IMG/VR virus record: IMGVR_UViG_3300016476_000523
Coordinates: 1 to 64,000 of that record
DNA from: an uncultured virus (IMG/VR IMGVR_UViG_3300016476_000523)
Lineage: Duplodnaviria > Heunggongvirae > Uroviricota > Caudoviricetes
Length of the DNA: 64,000 bases
Reading direction: 5' to 3' (one strand)
Shown: positions 47,793 to 57,455 of the stretch, in pieces
Numbering within the stretch: the first letter of the stretch is position 1
Layout of the letters: each line of letters starts with the position of its first letter
Translations under genes and position numbers: made by a program
Notes under the pieces: generated by a model
Told to the model about the DNA's origin: nothing
Databases searched by the model: none
What the model saw: only the letters and a program-made list of their open reading frames with translations

Positions 47793-50062
47793 TTATGTAT
47801 ATTGTAAGTATATATCGCCGTCATTTCCGCCAGTCGGTGCAGCAGTTCCTGATGTAATTACTGTTCCTACACCAGAATATCCACTGATACCTGACCAACC
47901 GCTAGTGCCACTAAATCCACTGAAACCACTGAATCCAGATATGCCTGAATAACCACTAAACCCAGATATGCCGCTAAATCCAGATACACCGCTAAATCCA
48001 GAATATCCACTTATGCCTGAATAACCACTAAATCCAGATACACCGCTAAATCCAGAAATTCCACTTATACCTGAGTATCCACTAAACCCCGATATGCCGC
48101 TAAATCCAGATATACCCGAGTATCCAGAAGTACCAGCACCAGTTGCACCTGTTTCTCCTTGAATACCTGAATATCCAGAGATTCCACTGAAGCCAGATAA
48201 TCCTGATTCACCTGAAAACCCAGAGATTCCGCTGAAGCCACTGAATCCAGAAAAACCACTAAACCCAGAGATACCACTGTAGCCACTAATCCCACTTATA
48301 CCGGTAGCACCAGTTGCACCTGTTATTCCTGCACCTATTGGAGTAATAACATATGATTGACGAACATTGCCGTCGTGTGTAAATCCACCGGTTACATCAG
48401 ATGAAGATGTAGTCTGAAAATATACTTTTGTGACTAGTCTATCTGTTAATTGCATTGGTATAGCAGATGTTATGAATTCTGAAAAGTTAAACAATGTAGG
48501 GACAGTAGCGTTTATTTCCCCAGTGTTGAACGTGAATAACTGGGTCTCGGTATTAGAACTTGTGGTATCTACTTTGAATGTGGTTATGTTAAAACTGCTA
48601 TTACCGTCAGTGTTACTAACATCTAACCACAAGTACCAATTAAGTTGCCCTACCGGGATAGAAGTAATACCAGGTTCATTAATATTAGTAGCGAATCCTT
48701 CGATTAACACTGAACCTGATGTATTATTTGCAGTAGCAGTCATTGTTTCTTCTGAACCAAGACTTGGGTTTATTGTAAATTGTTCATATGGCTGACTGGT
48801 AGCAGGATTAATCAAATCACTCGCTATAGAATTGAAGTAATATGTTCTACCTTGAGTCGAGTATCCCCTTTCTCCTGAATAACCTGAAATACCACTAAAT
48901 CCACTAATACCACTGAATCCAGAAAATCCACTGATGCCTGAATATCCAGAAAATCCACTGATACCTGAATATCCAGAAATACCAGCACCAGTTGCGCCTG
49001 TTTCTCCTTGAATACCTGAGAATCCGCTTGCACCTGAATAACCACTTATACCTGAGAAACCACTTATACCTGAGAAACCACTAGTGCCAGAAATACCAGA
49101 GAAGCCACTTGTACCTGAATATCCACTGGTGCCTGAATAACCAGAAATTCCACTAATACCTGAAAAGCCACTTATACCTGAAAACCCAGATATACCCGAA
49201 TAACCAGATATACCCGAATAACCAGATATACCAGAGAAGCCGCTTATACCAGAGAAGCCACTTGTACCTGAATAACCAGAAATTCCACTAATACCTGAAA
49301 ACCCAGATATACCAGAATAGCCACTGATACCCGAGAAGCCACTTGTACCTGAATATCCACTGGTGCCTGAATAACCAGAAATTCCACTAATACCTGAATA
49401 TCCACTAAACCCAGATATTCCACTGAATCCAGAAATACCTGAGAACCCCGATATGCCGCTATGTCCTGAAAGCCCAGTGGCACCTTCGATACCTGNNTAC
49501 CTGTAGCTCCAGTGGCACCAGTAGGGCCTACAAATCTCCCTATATTATTCCATAATGATCCGTTATAAACCCAAAGATCACCTGCTAAATTATCTATTGC
49601 ACCATCACCTGAAACCGCACTAGGAAACGCAGTGTTTAGCACTTCTTGTGGATTATCAGGTGGCACAACATTTACGTCAGGAACTGAACCTATTAGAGTC
49701 AATGATGTACCTGCAGGACCCGTAGCACCTGTTTCTCCTTGAATACCTGAATATCCAGAGAAACCTGATATACCCGAGAAGCCACTTATACCACTGATAC
49801 CAGAATAGCCACTGATACCCGAGAAGCCACTTATACCACTATAACCTGAATAACCAGATATACCTGAGTATCCAGAAATACCAGCACCAGTCGCACCTTG
49901 AATACCGCCATATGGTAATGAGTTCCAAGGCGTTACTCCATTACCTATCTTGAATAAGTTTGTGTTAGTTTCGATTCCCATCTCGCCTGATGCAAGTATA
50001 GGGTTAGCATCAGCCCACTCAGTAGATGTCCCTCGTCTAAATTGAAATTGAATATTTGGCAT
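47793..50062 (-). CDS. Mtd-N-domain fibre protein with (S-G-X)n repeats; one gene split in the ORF track by an NN assembly gap
   Basis: Starts QFRRGTSTEWADANPILASGEMGIET..FKIGNG.TPWNSLPY (Mtd N-terminal-like). After NN at 49496-97 the SG-repeat frame resumes in the frame of ORF 47793..48815 and ends SGTAAPTGGNDGDIYLQY. Confidence 0.75.
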
Positions 50063-50065
50063 ATT

Positions 50066-50647
50066 TTATGTTACCCCGCCGCAATCAAACGCGGGTCCTA
50101 CAAAGTATGTACTATAAGGCGTACCACCATCAAAAATATAAGGAACTACTGTAGCAGTTCCTGAGTATCCGCTAAATCCTGAGTATCCGCTGTAACCTGA
50201 AAATCCACTTGAGCCTGAGCCGCTTGATAACGGAAACCACACACCCTCTCTTACGATAGAGAGTTCATTTGTGTCAGGGTTAAACCACAACAAGCCATCT
50301 TGACTAGGAGCAGGTTCAGTAGTAGAGTAAAGAGTGACAGCACCACTGCCGCTGCTGCTACCTACTTCTACCCAAAGATTATTACTAGCAACTGACAGTA
50401 CATCTGTGTCAGGGTTAAACCACAACAAGCCATTAGGAGTTGCAGGCGGTGTTATAGTTGAGTAAATTGCTTCTGCACTAGAACCACCGCCAGCTATAGG
50501 CAATCCGCCGGGCGTTTCACCATCGCTTACACGAATGCTTTTTGTTACAGGGTTGTAGAATAATCGATCAAAATCGCCTACGAATGTAAAAGGGTCAGCT
50601 TTATTTTTTCTAGTTGACCAAAACTCCATTGTATGTATTTCGGACAT
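50066..50647 (-). CDS. Small structural/fibre-associated protein
   Basis: RLFYNP....RVSDGETPGG motif; duplicated 'YST..P....GLLWFNPDT..LS' unit; short SGY repeat; DGG/DCGG tail. Confidence 0.6.
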   Translation of the reverse strand: MSEIHTMEFWSTRKNKADPFTFVGDFDRLFYNPVTKSIRVSDGETPGGLPIAGGGSSAEAIYSTITPPATPNGLLWFNPDTDVLSVASNNLWVEVGSSSGSGAVTLYSTTEPAPSQDGLLWFNPDTNELSIVREGVWFPLSSGSGSSGFSGYSGYSGFSGYSGTATVVPYIFDGGTPYSTYFVGPAFDCGGVT

Positions 50648-50659
50648 TAAAACTCCTTC

Positions 50660-50980
50660 TTAACTACCGAAAATTGCGATAAGTTTTTTCAACAACTCAA
50701 TTTGATTATCTGAATATTTAGGTTTTTCTTGTTCTGCTTTCTGAACAGTAGTATCAGTTAGTTCAGTAGTATCAGCATCAGGTGTTACCCCTACCGCAGT
50801 TTTCATAACACTTAATTCTTGTTGAAGAGGTGGAGACCACTTTGCTTTATCGTCTTCCCCGTATTCTATACCAGGATTAACAACAGGCTCAGTGTTATCT
50901 TCTTTTTCAGTATTAATAATGTTTATATTTTTTATCACTACTGTGGGATTGTTCCCTAAAATGTCAGAAAGCTTCATCAA
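50660..50980 (-). CDS. Hypothetical protein
   Basis: 106 aa containing PPLQQEL; GATAAATA box at 51006-13. Confidence 0.6.
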   Translation of the reverse strand: MMKLSDILGNNPTVVIKNINIINTEKEDNTEPVVNPGIEYGEDDKAKWSPPLQQELSVMKTAVGVTPDADTTELTDTTVQKAEQEKPKYSDNQIELLKKLIAIFGS

Positions 50981-51020
50981 ATTAACTCACAAAGAATATA
51001 TTACTTATTTATCTTAAAAA

Positions 51021-51386
51021 TTAAATTCTAAACTCGCTGTCAACTGTAACATTTAGTATAGATTTCTTTTCTATTTTCGTTCTTTTCCTGAACAATCTAC
51101 TACAATTAGCGCACAATGTCATCATGTTATTAGTGTCTTTATTGTTCTTATCACCATCTTTATACACTAAATCTAATTGACATCGATCTTTAGCTGCAAA
51201 ATTACATTCTTGACATATCGTTTTTTTATTAACTAGGTGCTTATGCTTCTCGCTGTAAATTGCTTTAGCACAGTCATCGCAATACTTGTGCCATTTCTGA
51301 AATCCATGCTTACTTATACCGTTAGGTCGCGCAAAATTGAGTTTACAATTAATACATCTTGGTCGTGGTAATGGTTCTGTAATCAT
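51021..51386 (-). CDS. Zinc-finger protein with a degenerate HNH-like fold
   Basis: Four CxxC motifs; CQLDLVYKDGDKNN...NMMTLCANCSR resembles the HNH pattern 'D.DHIDG...NN...NL..LC.NCH' but lacks the histidines. Confidence 0.6.
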   Translation of the reverse strand: MITEPLPRPRCINCKLNFARPNGISKHGFQKWHKYCDDCAKAIYSEKHKHLVNKKTICQECNFAAKDRCQLDLVYKDGDKNNKDTNNMMTLCANCSRLFRKRTKIEKKSILNVTVDSEFRI

Positions 51387-51478
51387 AATTCTATTTATTA
51401 AAGTGAATTAATATACTTTATTACGAGTATATTTTCTAAAAACAAATAAATACTATAATAAAAACGGGATCGTAGATT

Positions 51479-53374
51479 ATGGCATCAGAATCTTTTAACT
51501 CATTGGGCGGTTATTCAGTTGGAATACCTGCCGTCGAAGTAGTAAACCAATCAGGTAATATTGTTACTAACGTAAACTATCCTGCAGGAAACGTTACTGC
51601 TAACACAGTGTATGCTAATACATATCGTTATGCTAACGGTGTATTATTTTCGTCTAATGCAGGCGGCACTAACACACAACTACAATATAACAACAACGGT
51701 GCGTTCGGTGGCATCACTGACGTAACTTGGAACGGTACAAAATTATCACTAGGTTCTGTGTCAAATGTTCAAATACTAGGTGGTACTAATGGTTACTTCT
51801 TACAAACAGATGGTACTGGAAACTTAACATGGTCTCCAGCTTCAGGCGGAACACCTGGAAACGGTGAACCTGGTGGATCAAACACTCAAGTACAATTCAA
51901 TGATGCGGGAGTGTTTGGTGGCGATGCAGGATTTACTTATGATAATGTTACTAACATTCTTTCAGTAAACAATTTAACGGTATCTGGAAACATAATTGGA
52001 ACAGAAGCTACGATAGATGAGATAACAGCAGGTAATGTTACAAGTGATTTCTTTATAGGTGATGGATCACAGTTAACTGGAATACTACCTAATAATGCTA
52101 ACTATGTAGTTCAGCCAACACAATCAAATATCACGCAGTTAGGCACACTAGTAAGCTTAGATGTTTCTGGTGATGCTACATTTACATCAAATGTTGATTT
52201 AGGTTCTGTATCAAATCTACGAATATCTGGAGGTGTAAACGGATACGTTCTTACTACTGACGGCACTGGTAATGTTTCTTGGGAATCAGCAGGCTCAGGC
52301 GGCGCACCAGGAGGCGCAAACACACAAATACAGTTTAACAACGCAGGCGCATTCGCTGGTTCAAGTGCATTCACATTCAATAATGTATCGAATGCAGTAC
52401 AAATGACGGGTAACTTAACTACTAAAAACATTACTGCAAATAACGCAACGTTTTATGGAAATGCGTTAATGACTGGTAATACAACAGCTACTTATTACTT
52501 TGGAGATGGTAGTTTCTTAACCAACGTAGTTGCAAACATTGCAAACACTGTGCAAGTAGCAGCTCAGCCCAACATAACATCATTGGGTACTTTGGTAAAT
52601 TTAGCAGTTTCAGGTAATATTGTTACTTCTCAAACAGTAAGTGCTAGTGCTTTCCAAACATCAGGTAATGCAAACGTTGGTAACTTACGTGCAACAGGAA
52701 ACGTAACTATATCTACAACATTAACAGCTAATGGAAATGTTAATTTCACTAACTCAGCCAATGTAACATTAGGTGATATCAGCAATGTTCATATATTAGG
52801 CGGCTTAAATGGATATGTGATCGCTACTGATGGCTTAGGTGGTTTAAGTTGGCAACCTCAAGGTGGTGGCGGTGGAGGAACACCCGGAGGCACTAACACC
52901 CAAGTACAATATAACAAAGATGGCGACTTTGCAGGCAGTGCGTTTTTCTCGTTCAACGATTCAAATAATACAGTACAAGTTGGTGGATTATTAATTGCCA
53001 ACACTATACAAGTTGGTTCAGGCGCTTATAAATTTGGAACGTCGGACGTTCATTTTGCCAACACAAGTTCAATGACTAAAACAGTTCTTTATACAATACC
53101 GGTAACTGATTGTTCTGGCGTAGATTTTGAAATAATAGGTACTGATACCGCTGGATCAAAAAGACAGTCAGTTAAAATTTCGTCCTTATATTATGCAGGA
53201 GTTGTTGAATACAACGAATACGCTGGTTTAATAATAAATGGTGGTGTTGGAGATTTTGAAGTTGAATACAATGCAGGTAATATTTTAGTACCTCCTTCAC
53301 TAGATTTAGTAGTTACGCCATATTCTACTAACAACACCGTTTACAAGATGTTGATCACGATACTTGCTGCTTAA
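51479..53374 (+). CDS. Tail fibre/virion structural protein
   Basis: Repeated GG.NTQ.Q.N..G.F.G and GG.NGY.L.TDG.G.LSW units; N/G/T-rich. Confidence 0.7.
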   Translation: MASESFNSLGGYSVGIPAVEVVNQSGNIVTNVNYPAGNVTANTVYANTYRYANGVLFSSNAGGTNTQLQYNNNGAFGGITDVTWNGTKLSLGSVSNVQILGGTNGYFLQTDGTGNLTWSPASGGTPGNGEPGGSNTQVQFNDAGVFGGDAGFTYDNVTNILSVNNLTVSGNIIGTEATIDEITAGNVTSDFFIGDGSQLTGILPNNANYVVQPTQSNITQLGTLVSLDVSGDATFTSNVDLGSVSNLRISGGVNGYVLTTDGTGNVSWESAGSGGAPGGANTQIQFNNAGAFAGSSAFTFNNVSNAVQMTGNLTTKNITANNATFYGNALMTGNTTATYYFGDGSFLTNVVANIANTVQVAAQPNITSLGTLVNLAVSGNIVTSQTVSASAFQTSGNANVGNLRATGNVTISTTLTANGNVNFTNSANVTLGDISNVHILGGLNGYVIATDGLGGLSWQPQGGGGGGTPGGTNTQVQYNKDGDFAGSAFFSFNDSNNTVQVGGLLIANTIQVGSGAYKFGTSDVHFANTSSMTKTVLYTIPVTDCSGVDFEIIGTDTAGSKRQSVKISSLYYAGVVEYNEYAGLIINGGVGDFEVEYNAGNILVPPSLDLVVTPYSTNNTVYKMLITILAA

Positions 53375-53383
53375 GGAATTATT

Positions 53384-56023
53384 ATGGCTTTAAAATTATT
53401 TAACTCAGCATCAGGATTCTCAGTAAGTCTTACTGCGGTCACTGTAATTGATGCTGATGCTAATGTATATGCTAATAATTTAGCAGTCATTGGAAACGTG
53501 AGTTTTACTGGTACTGATATTAATTTAGGTTCAGTAACAAATATTCATATCTCAGGCGGCACATCAGGATATCTATTATCAACTGATGGTTCAGGAATAT
53601 TATCATGGGTCTCTCCCACATCGGGGCCTCAAGGTACATCGGGATTTTCTGGTATTAGTGATTACTCTGGTTACTCAGGATTTAGTGGGTATTCGGGTTA
53701 TAGCGGATTATCCGGCTTCAGTGGCATAAGCGGTTTCTCGGGCATATCTGGATTTTCTGGCCAAAACGGAACAATAGGAGTTGATGGTGCAACTGGTGCT
53801 ACTGGTATTTCTGGCTTTAGTGGAATTAGTGGATTCTCAGGCGTATCCGGCTTTAGTGGCATCTCCGGCTACTCAGGCTTCTCAGGAACGAGTGGATTCA
53901 GTGGCTTTTCAGGTATTTCTGGATTTAGTGGTATTAGCGGATATTCAGGTGAATCAGGTATTTCTGGATTCTCAGGCATATCTGGCTTTTCTGGCCAAAA
54001 CGGAACAATAGGAGTCGATGGTGCAACTGGTGCAACTGGTATCTCAGGCTTCTCAGGAACGAGTGGATTCAGTGGCCTTTCAGGTACATCTGGTTACTCA
54101 GGCATAAGTGGCATAAGTGGCATAAGTGGCTACTCAGGTACTTCTGGTTTTAGTGGTATCAGTGGTTATTCTGGCATATCTGGCTTTAGTGGTATCAGTG
54201 GTTATTCTGGCATAAGTGGTTTTAGCGGCACGGGGGCAACTGGAGCAACCGGTCCAATAGGCGATAGATTCTCGACTACATCGACGACTTCTCTTACTAT
54301 ATCAACTGGAATACAAAATTTAACTGTGGAAGCAGGATTAGCGTACACCATTACACAAGATGTTATGATCGCATATGATGTTAACAATCACATGCAAGGC
54401 GAAGTTCAGTCATATAACATTTTGGATGGATCACTTTCTGTAAATGTTATCACAACAGTAGGATCAGGAACTTATTCATCATGGACTGTTAACATCGACG
54501 GTGCAGTGGGTACGCCTGGAGCAACTGGTGTTAGTGGTTATTCAGGTATCTCCGGCTTTAGTGGTATCTCCGGGTACAGCGGTATATCTGGTTTCTCAGG
54601 AATATCAGGATTTAGTGGAATAAGTGGTTTCAGCGGCTTCTCTGGTAGATCAGGATTTTCAGGCTTCTCAGGTATAAGTGGTTATAGTGGCGTAAGTGGT
54701 TATTCTGGTATATCTGGCTTCAGCGGCATAAGTGGCTACAGTGGTATATCCGGATTTAGTGGAATATCAGGATTCTCAGGTATTAGCGGCTTCTCCGGTA
54801 TTTCTGGCACTAGTGGTTTCTCAGGTATAAGTGGTTATTCAGGTGCAAGCGGATTCTCAGGCATATCAGGATTCTCAGGCGCAGTAGGTGCTACAGGCAT
54901 AAGTGGTTTCAGTGGTATTTCTGGTTTCAGTGGTATTTCTGGTTTCAGTGGCTTCTCAGGTAGATCAGGATTCTCAGGCATTTCTGGATATTCAGGTATA
55001 TCTGGCTTCTCTGGCATTTCTGGATATTCAGGTATATCTGGCTTCTCTGGTATAAGCGGTTTTTCAGGTATCAGTGGCTTCTCTGGCATTTCTGGATATT
55101 CAGGTATATCTGGCTTCTCTGGTATAAGTGGTTATTCAGGTTTTTCAGGCAGATCAGGTTTTAGTGGCATTAGTGGATTTTCAGGTATATCAGGTTATAG
55201 TGGAATATCTGGATATTCTGGAACGAGCGGTTACTCGGGAGCAGTTGGTGCGACTGGTCCGATAGGTGGTAGTAATACTCAGATCATATTTAACGATGCA
55301 GGAACGGCGAATGGTAGTGCTAATTTAACGTTTGATAAGACTAGCAACATAGTAACTATACTAGGCAACTTGGGTATAGGAACTTCCACTCCGACATTTA
55401 AACTTCATGTATTAGATACAGCAAGCGGAGATGGAACATTTGCCGGCGGCATTCTAGTAGAAAACTCTAACGTAACCGCTGGTGAATCTGTAATTGCATT
55501 TAAGAATGCTAATACAAGTGCAAACTATTGGTTTTCTGGAATAAACCAAAGTAACAACTACTCACTAACTTACGGAACTGTACTTCAAGATGCTAATACC
55601 AAACTAACATTAACTGCTACTGGTAACTTAGGTTTAGGTACCACGACTCCTGTTTACAAACTAGAAGTTAACGGTTCATTCGCTGCAACTACTAAGTCAT
55701 TCGTAATTGATCATCCAACTAAGCCTGGTATGAAACTAAGATATGGTAGCTTAGAAGGACCAGAGAATGGTGTTTACATCAGAGGAAGATTAACAAATAG
55801 CAATATAATAGAATTACCTGATTATTGGAGTAAGCTAATCGATCCTGAATCCATTACAATACAACTTACACCTATAGGCTTACATCAAAAACTATTTGTA
55901 GAATCAGTGTCAGTAGATAAAGTAATAGTTGGAAATGAAAACTTATTTAATAAAACAGTTGATTGTTACTTTATCATATTCGCAGAAAGAAATGATGTAG
56001 ACAAATTACAAGTGGAGATATAA
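53384..56023 (+). CDS. Fibre protein with long (S-G-F/Y/I)n repeats and a C-terminal chaperone-like domain
   Basis: Two SG-repeat blocks; GNLGIGT..P..KL.V units; C-terminal KSFVIDHPTK...LRYGSLEGPE..VY.RG domain. Confidence 0.75.
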   Translation: MALKLFNSASGFSVSLTAVTVIDADANVYANNLAVIGNVSFTGTDINLGSVTNIHISGGTSGYLLSTDGSGILSWVSPTSGPQGTSGFSGISDYSGYSGFSGYSGYSGLSGFSGISGFSGISGFSGQNGTIGVDGATGATGISGFSGISGFSGVSGFSGISGYSGFSGTSGFSGFSGISGFSGISGYSGESGISGFSGISGFSGQNGTIGVDGATGATGISGFSGTSGFSGLSGTSGYSGISGISGISGYSGTSGFSGISGYSGISGFSGISGYSGISGFSGTGATGATGPIGDRFSTTSTTSLTISTGIQNLTVEAGLAYTITQDVMIAYDVNNHMQGEVQSYNILDGSLSVNVITTVGSGTYSSWTVNIDGAVGTPGATGVSGYSGISGFSGISGYSGISGFSGISGFSGISGFSGFSGRSGFSGFSGISGYSGVSGYSGISGFSGISGYSGISGFSGISGFSGISGFSGISGTSGFSGISGYSGASGFSGISGFSGAVGATGISGFSGISGFSGISGFSGFSGRSGFSGISGYSGISGFSGISGYSGISGFSGISGFSGISGFSGISGYSGISGFSGISGYSGFSGRSGFSGISGFSGISGYSGISGYSGTSGYSGAVGATGPIGGSNTQIIFNDAGTANGSANLTFDKTSNIVTILGNLGIGTSTPTFKLHVLDTASGDGTFAGGILVENSNVTAGESVIAFKNANTSANYWFSGINQSNNYSLTYGTVLQDANTKLTLTATGNLGLGTTTPVYKLEVNGSFAATTKSFVIDHPTKPGMKLRYGSLEGPENGVYIRGRLTNSNIIELPDYWSKLIDPESITIQLTPIGLHQKLFVESVSVDKVIVGNENLFNKTVDCYFIIFAERNDVDKLQVEI

Positions 56024-56728
56024 GTGGCAGTTGCATACAATCCTAAAATAGTTACTGATGGATTATCATTTTTTATTGATCCTGCAAATCCTAAAAGTTA
56101 TCCAGGTTCAGGAACAACAATAAACAAATTAGTTAACATTAGTCCAACTGCAACAGCAAGTATGGTAAATGGTGTAACTTATTCTACTGATAATAAAGGT
56201 ATAATGACCTTTAATGGTACAACACAGTATATAAGATCGGATGATAGAAATTTAGGAGCAGGTTTATATCCCTTCTCATCAGGTGGATGGTTCAGAACAG
56301 AAAAATCTGATGGCACATCTCAAGCACTTGTTATAAACTTGAACATAGGAAGTAGTAGTGTTTATTGGGCGTTGTTTATTGCAAACTCAGGAATATTATC
56401 TATTTCCAGAAGAAACACGACAACATACACTGATGCATCTACATACACTCCTGTGATAGGTGAATGGTTTTACGCACACGCTAATTTTCCTAGCACTACT
56501 ACTGCGGAGATATATGTCAACGGAGAATTAGATACTGCATTTACTGGACTTACGGCAGTAACATCATCTACTGGTGCGAATGATGTATTGATCGGTTTAT
56601 TACGCACATCGAGTCCTACTTGGTATCTGGACGGCAGTTGTGGCCCGGTAATGATTTACTCTAAATCACTATCAGCAGCAGAAGTAAAACAAAACTACTT
56701 AGCAACTAAAGGGAGGTACGGTTTATAA
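56024..56728 (+). CDS. LamG/concanavalin A-like lectin domain protein
   Basis: IVTDGL...DPANPKSYPGSGT N-terminus; W.Y......IYVNG and IYSKSLSAAEVKQNY C-terminus; GTG start. Confidence 0.8.
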   Translation: MAVAYNPKIVTDGLSFFIDPANPKSYPGSGTTINKLVNISPTATASMVNGVTYSTDNKGIMTFNGTTQYIRSDDRNLGAGLYPFSSGGWFRTEKSDGTSQALVINLNIGSSSVYWALFIANSGILSISRRNTTTYTDASTYTPVIGEWFYAHANFPSTTTAEIYVNGELDTAFTGLTAVTSSTGANDVLIGLLRTSSPTWYLDGSCGPVMIYSKSLSAAEVKQNYLATKGRYGL

Positions 56729-57423
56729 TGGCATTATTTCACTCTCCTAAAGTAGTTACTGATGGACTAGTATTATATCTAGACGCAGCAAATCAAAAGA
56801 GTTATCCAGGTTCAGGTACTGATTGGTTTGATTTAACTAATAATTCTAATTTTATTATATCAGGACCCGATTTCGTATCAACTAATCCAGCGCATTTTAG
56901 TTTTTCTGATAATCAAGTAGATCAAGTGTATAACTCATCCTTTACTGGGTTTGGCGGCTTAAGCCAACTGACATGTTCAGTGTGGGTAAGATTAGACAGT
57001 GTTGCAATAGGTTGTGCCATAATATCATACGCCGTAACTGGATCAGACAACGAATATCTAATGTTCTACGAAGGATCCGCGTCACCTAAGAGATTCCATC
57101 TATGGTTCGACGCCACGCAACTTTTCGTAAACCAAACTCTTTCTGCTAATACTTGGTATAACTTTACTAATGTAATTAACGCAACACAAAACATCTTGTA
57201 TATAAACTCAACCGCAGTAAGTACACAAACTAAAACAGGAACTTCATTAATAGGCAATGGATACTGCGTATTAGGTCAAGAACAAGATTCAGTTGGTGGA
57301 GGATTTGCCACAGACCAAGAGTTGGTGGGAGATATAGGACAGCTTATGCTTTATAACCGAGCACTATCAGCACAAGAAGTAACACAAAATTATCTAGCAA
57401 CTAAAAGCAGGTATGGATTGTAA
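56728..57423 (+). CDS. Pentraxin-like (CRP/SAP-type) LamG lectin
   Basis: IISYA...DNEYLMF and VLGQEQDSVGGGF...QELVGDIG motifs within the same LamG frame as the upstream paralog. Confidence 0.8.
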   Translation: MALFHSPKVVTDGLVLYLDAANQKSYPGSGTDWFDLTNNSNFIISGPDFVSTNPAHFSFSDNQVDQVYNSSFTGFGGLSQLTCSVWVRLDSVAIGCAIISYAVTGSDNEYLMFYEGSASPKRFHLWFDATQLFVNQTLSANTWYNFTNVINATQNILYINSTAVSTQTKTGTSLIGNGYCVLGQEQDSVGGGFATDQELVGDIGQLMLYNRALSAQEVTQNYLATKSRYGL

Positions 57424-57455
57424 TAAATAGAGTATCATAAGGTAATACGTAAAAA

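Noticed and set aside
49496..49497. Apparent frameshift/pseudogene in the Mtd-N SG-repeat gene
   Set aside because: The frame change coincides exactly with NN in a repetitive tract, so an assembly gap is the simplest explanation. The downstream frame appears open to 47793.
49900..50062. Diversity-generating retroelement suggested by the Mtd-like N-terminus
   Set aside because: No reverse transcriptase and no TR/VR pair differing at adenines is visible in the window. The N-terminal domain alone is a common fibre anchor.
53630..55240. CRISPR-like or satellite DNA repeats
   Set aside because: The periodicity is 9 nt with synonymous variation inside ORFs, i.e. protein repeats. There is no repeat-spacer structure and no cas gene.
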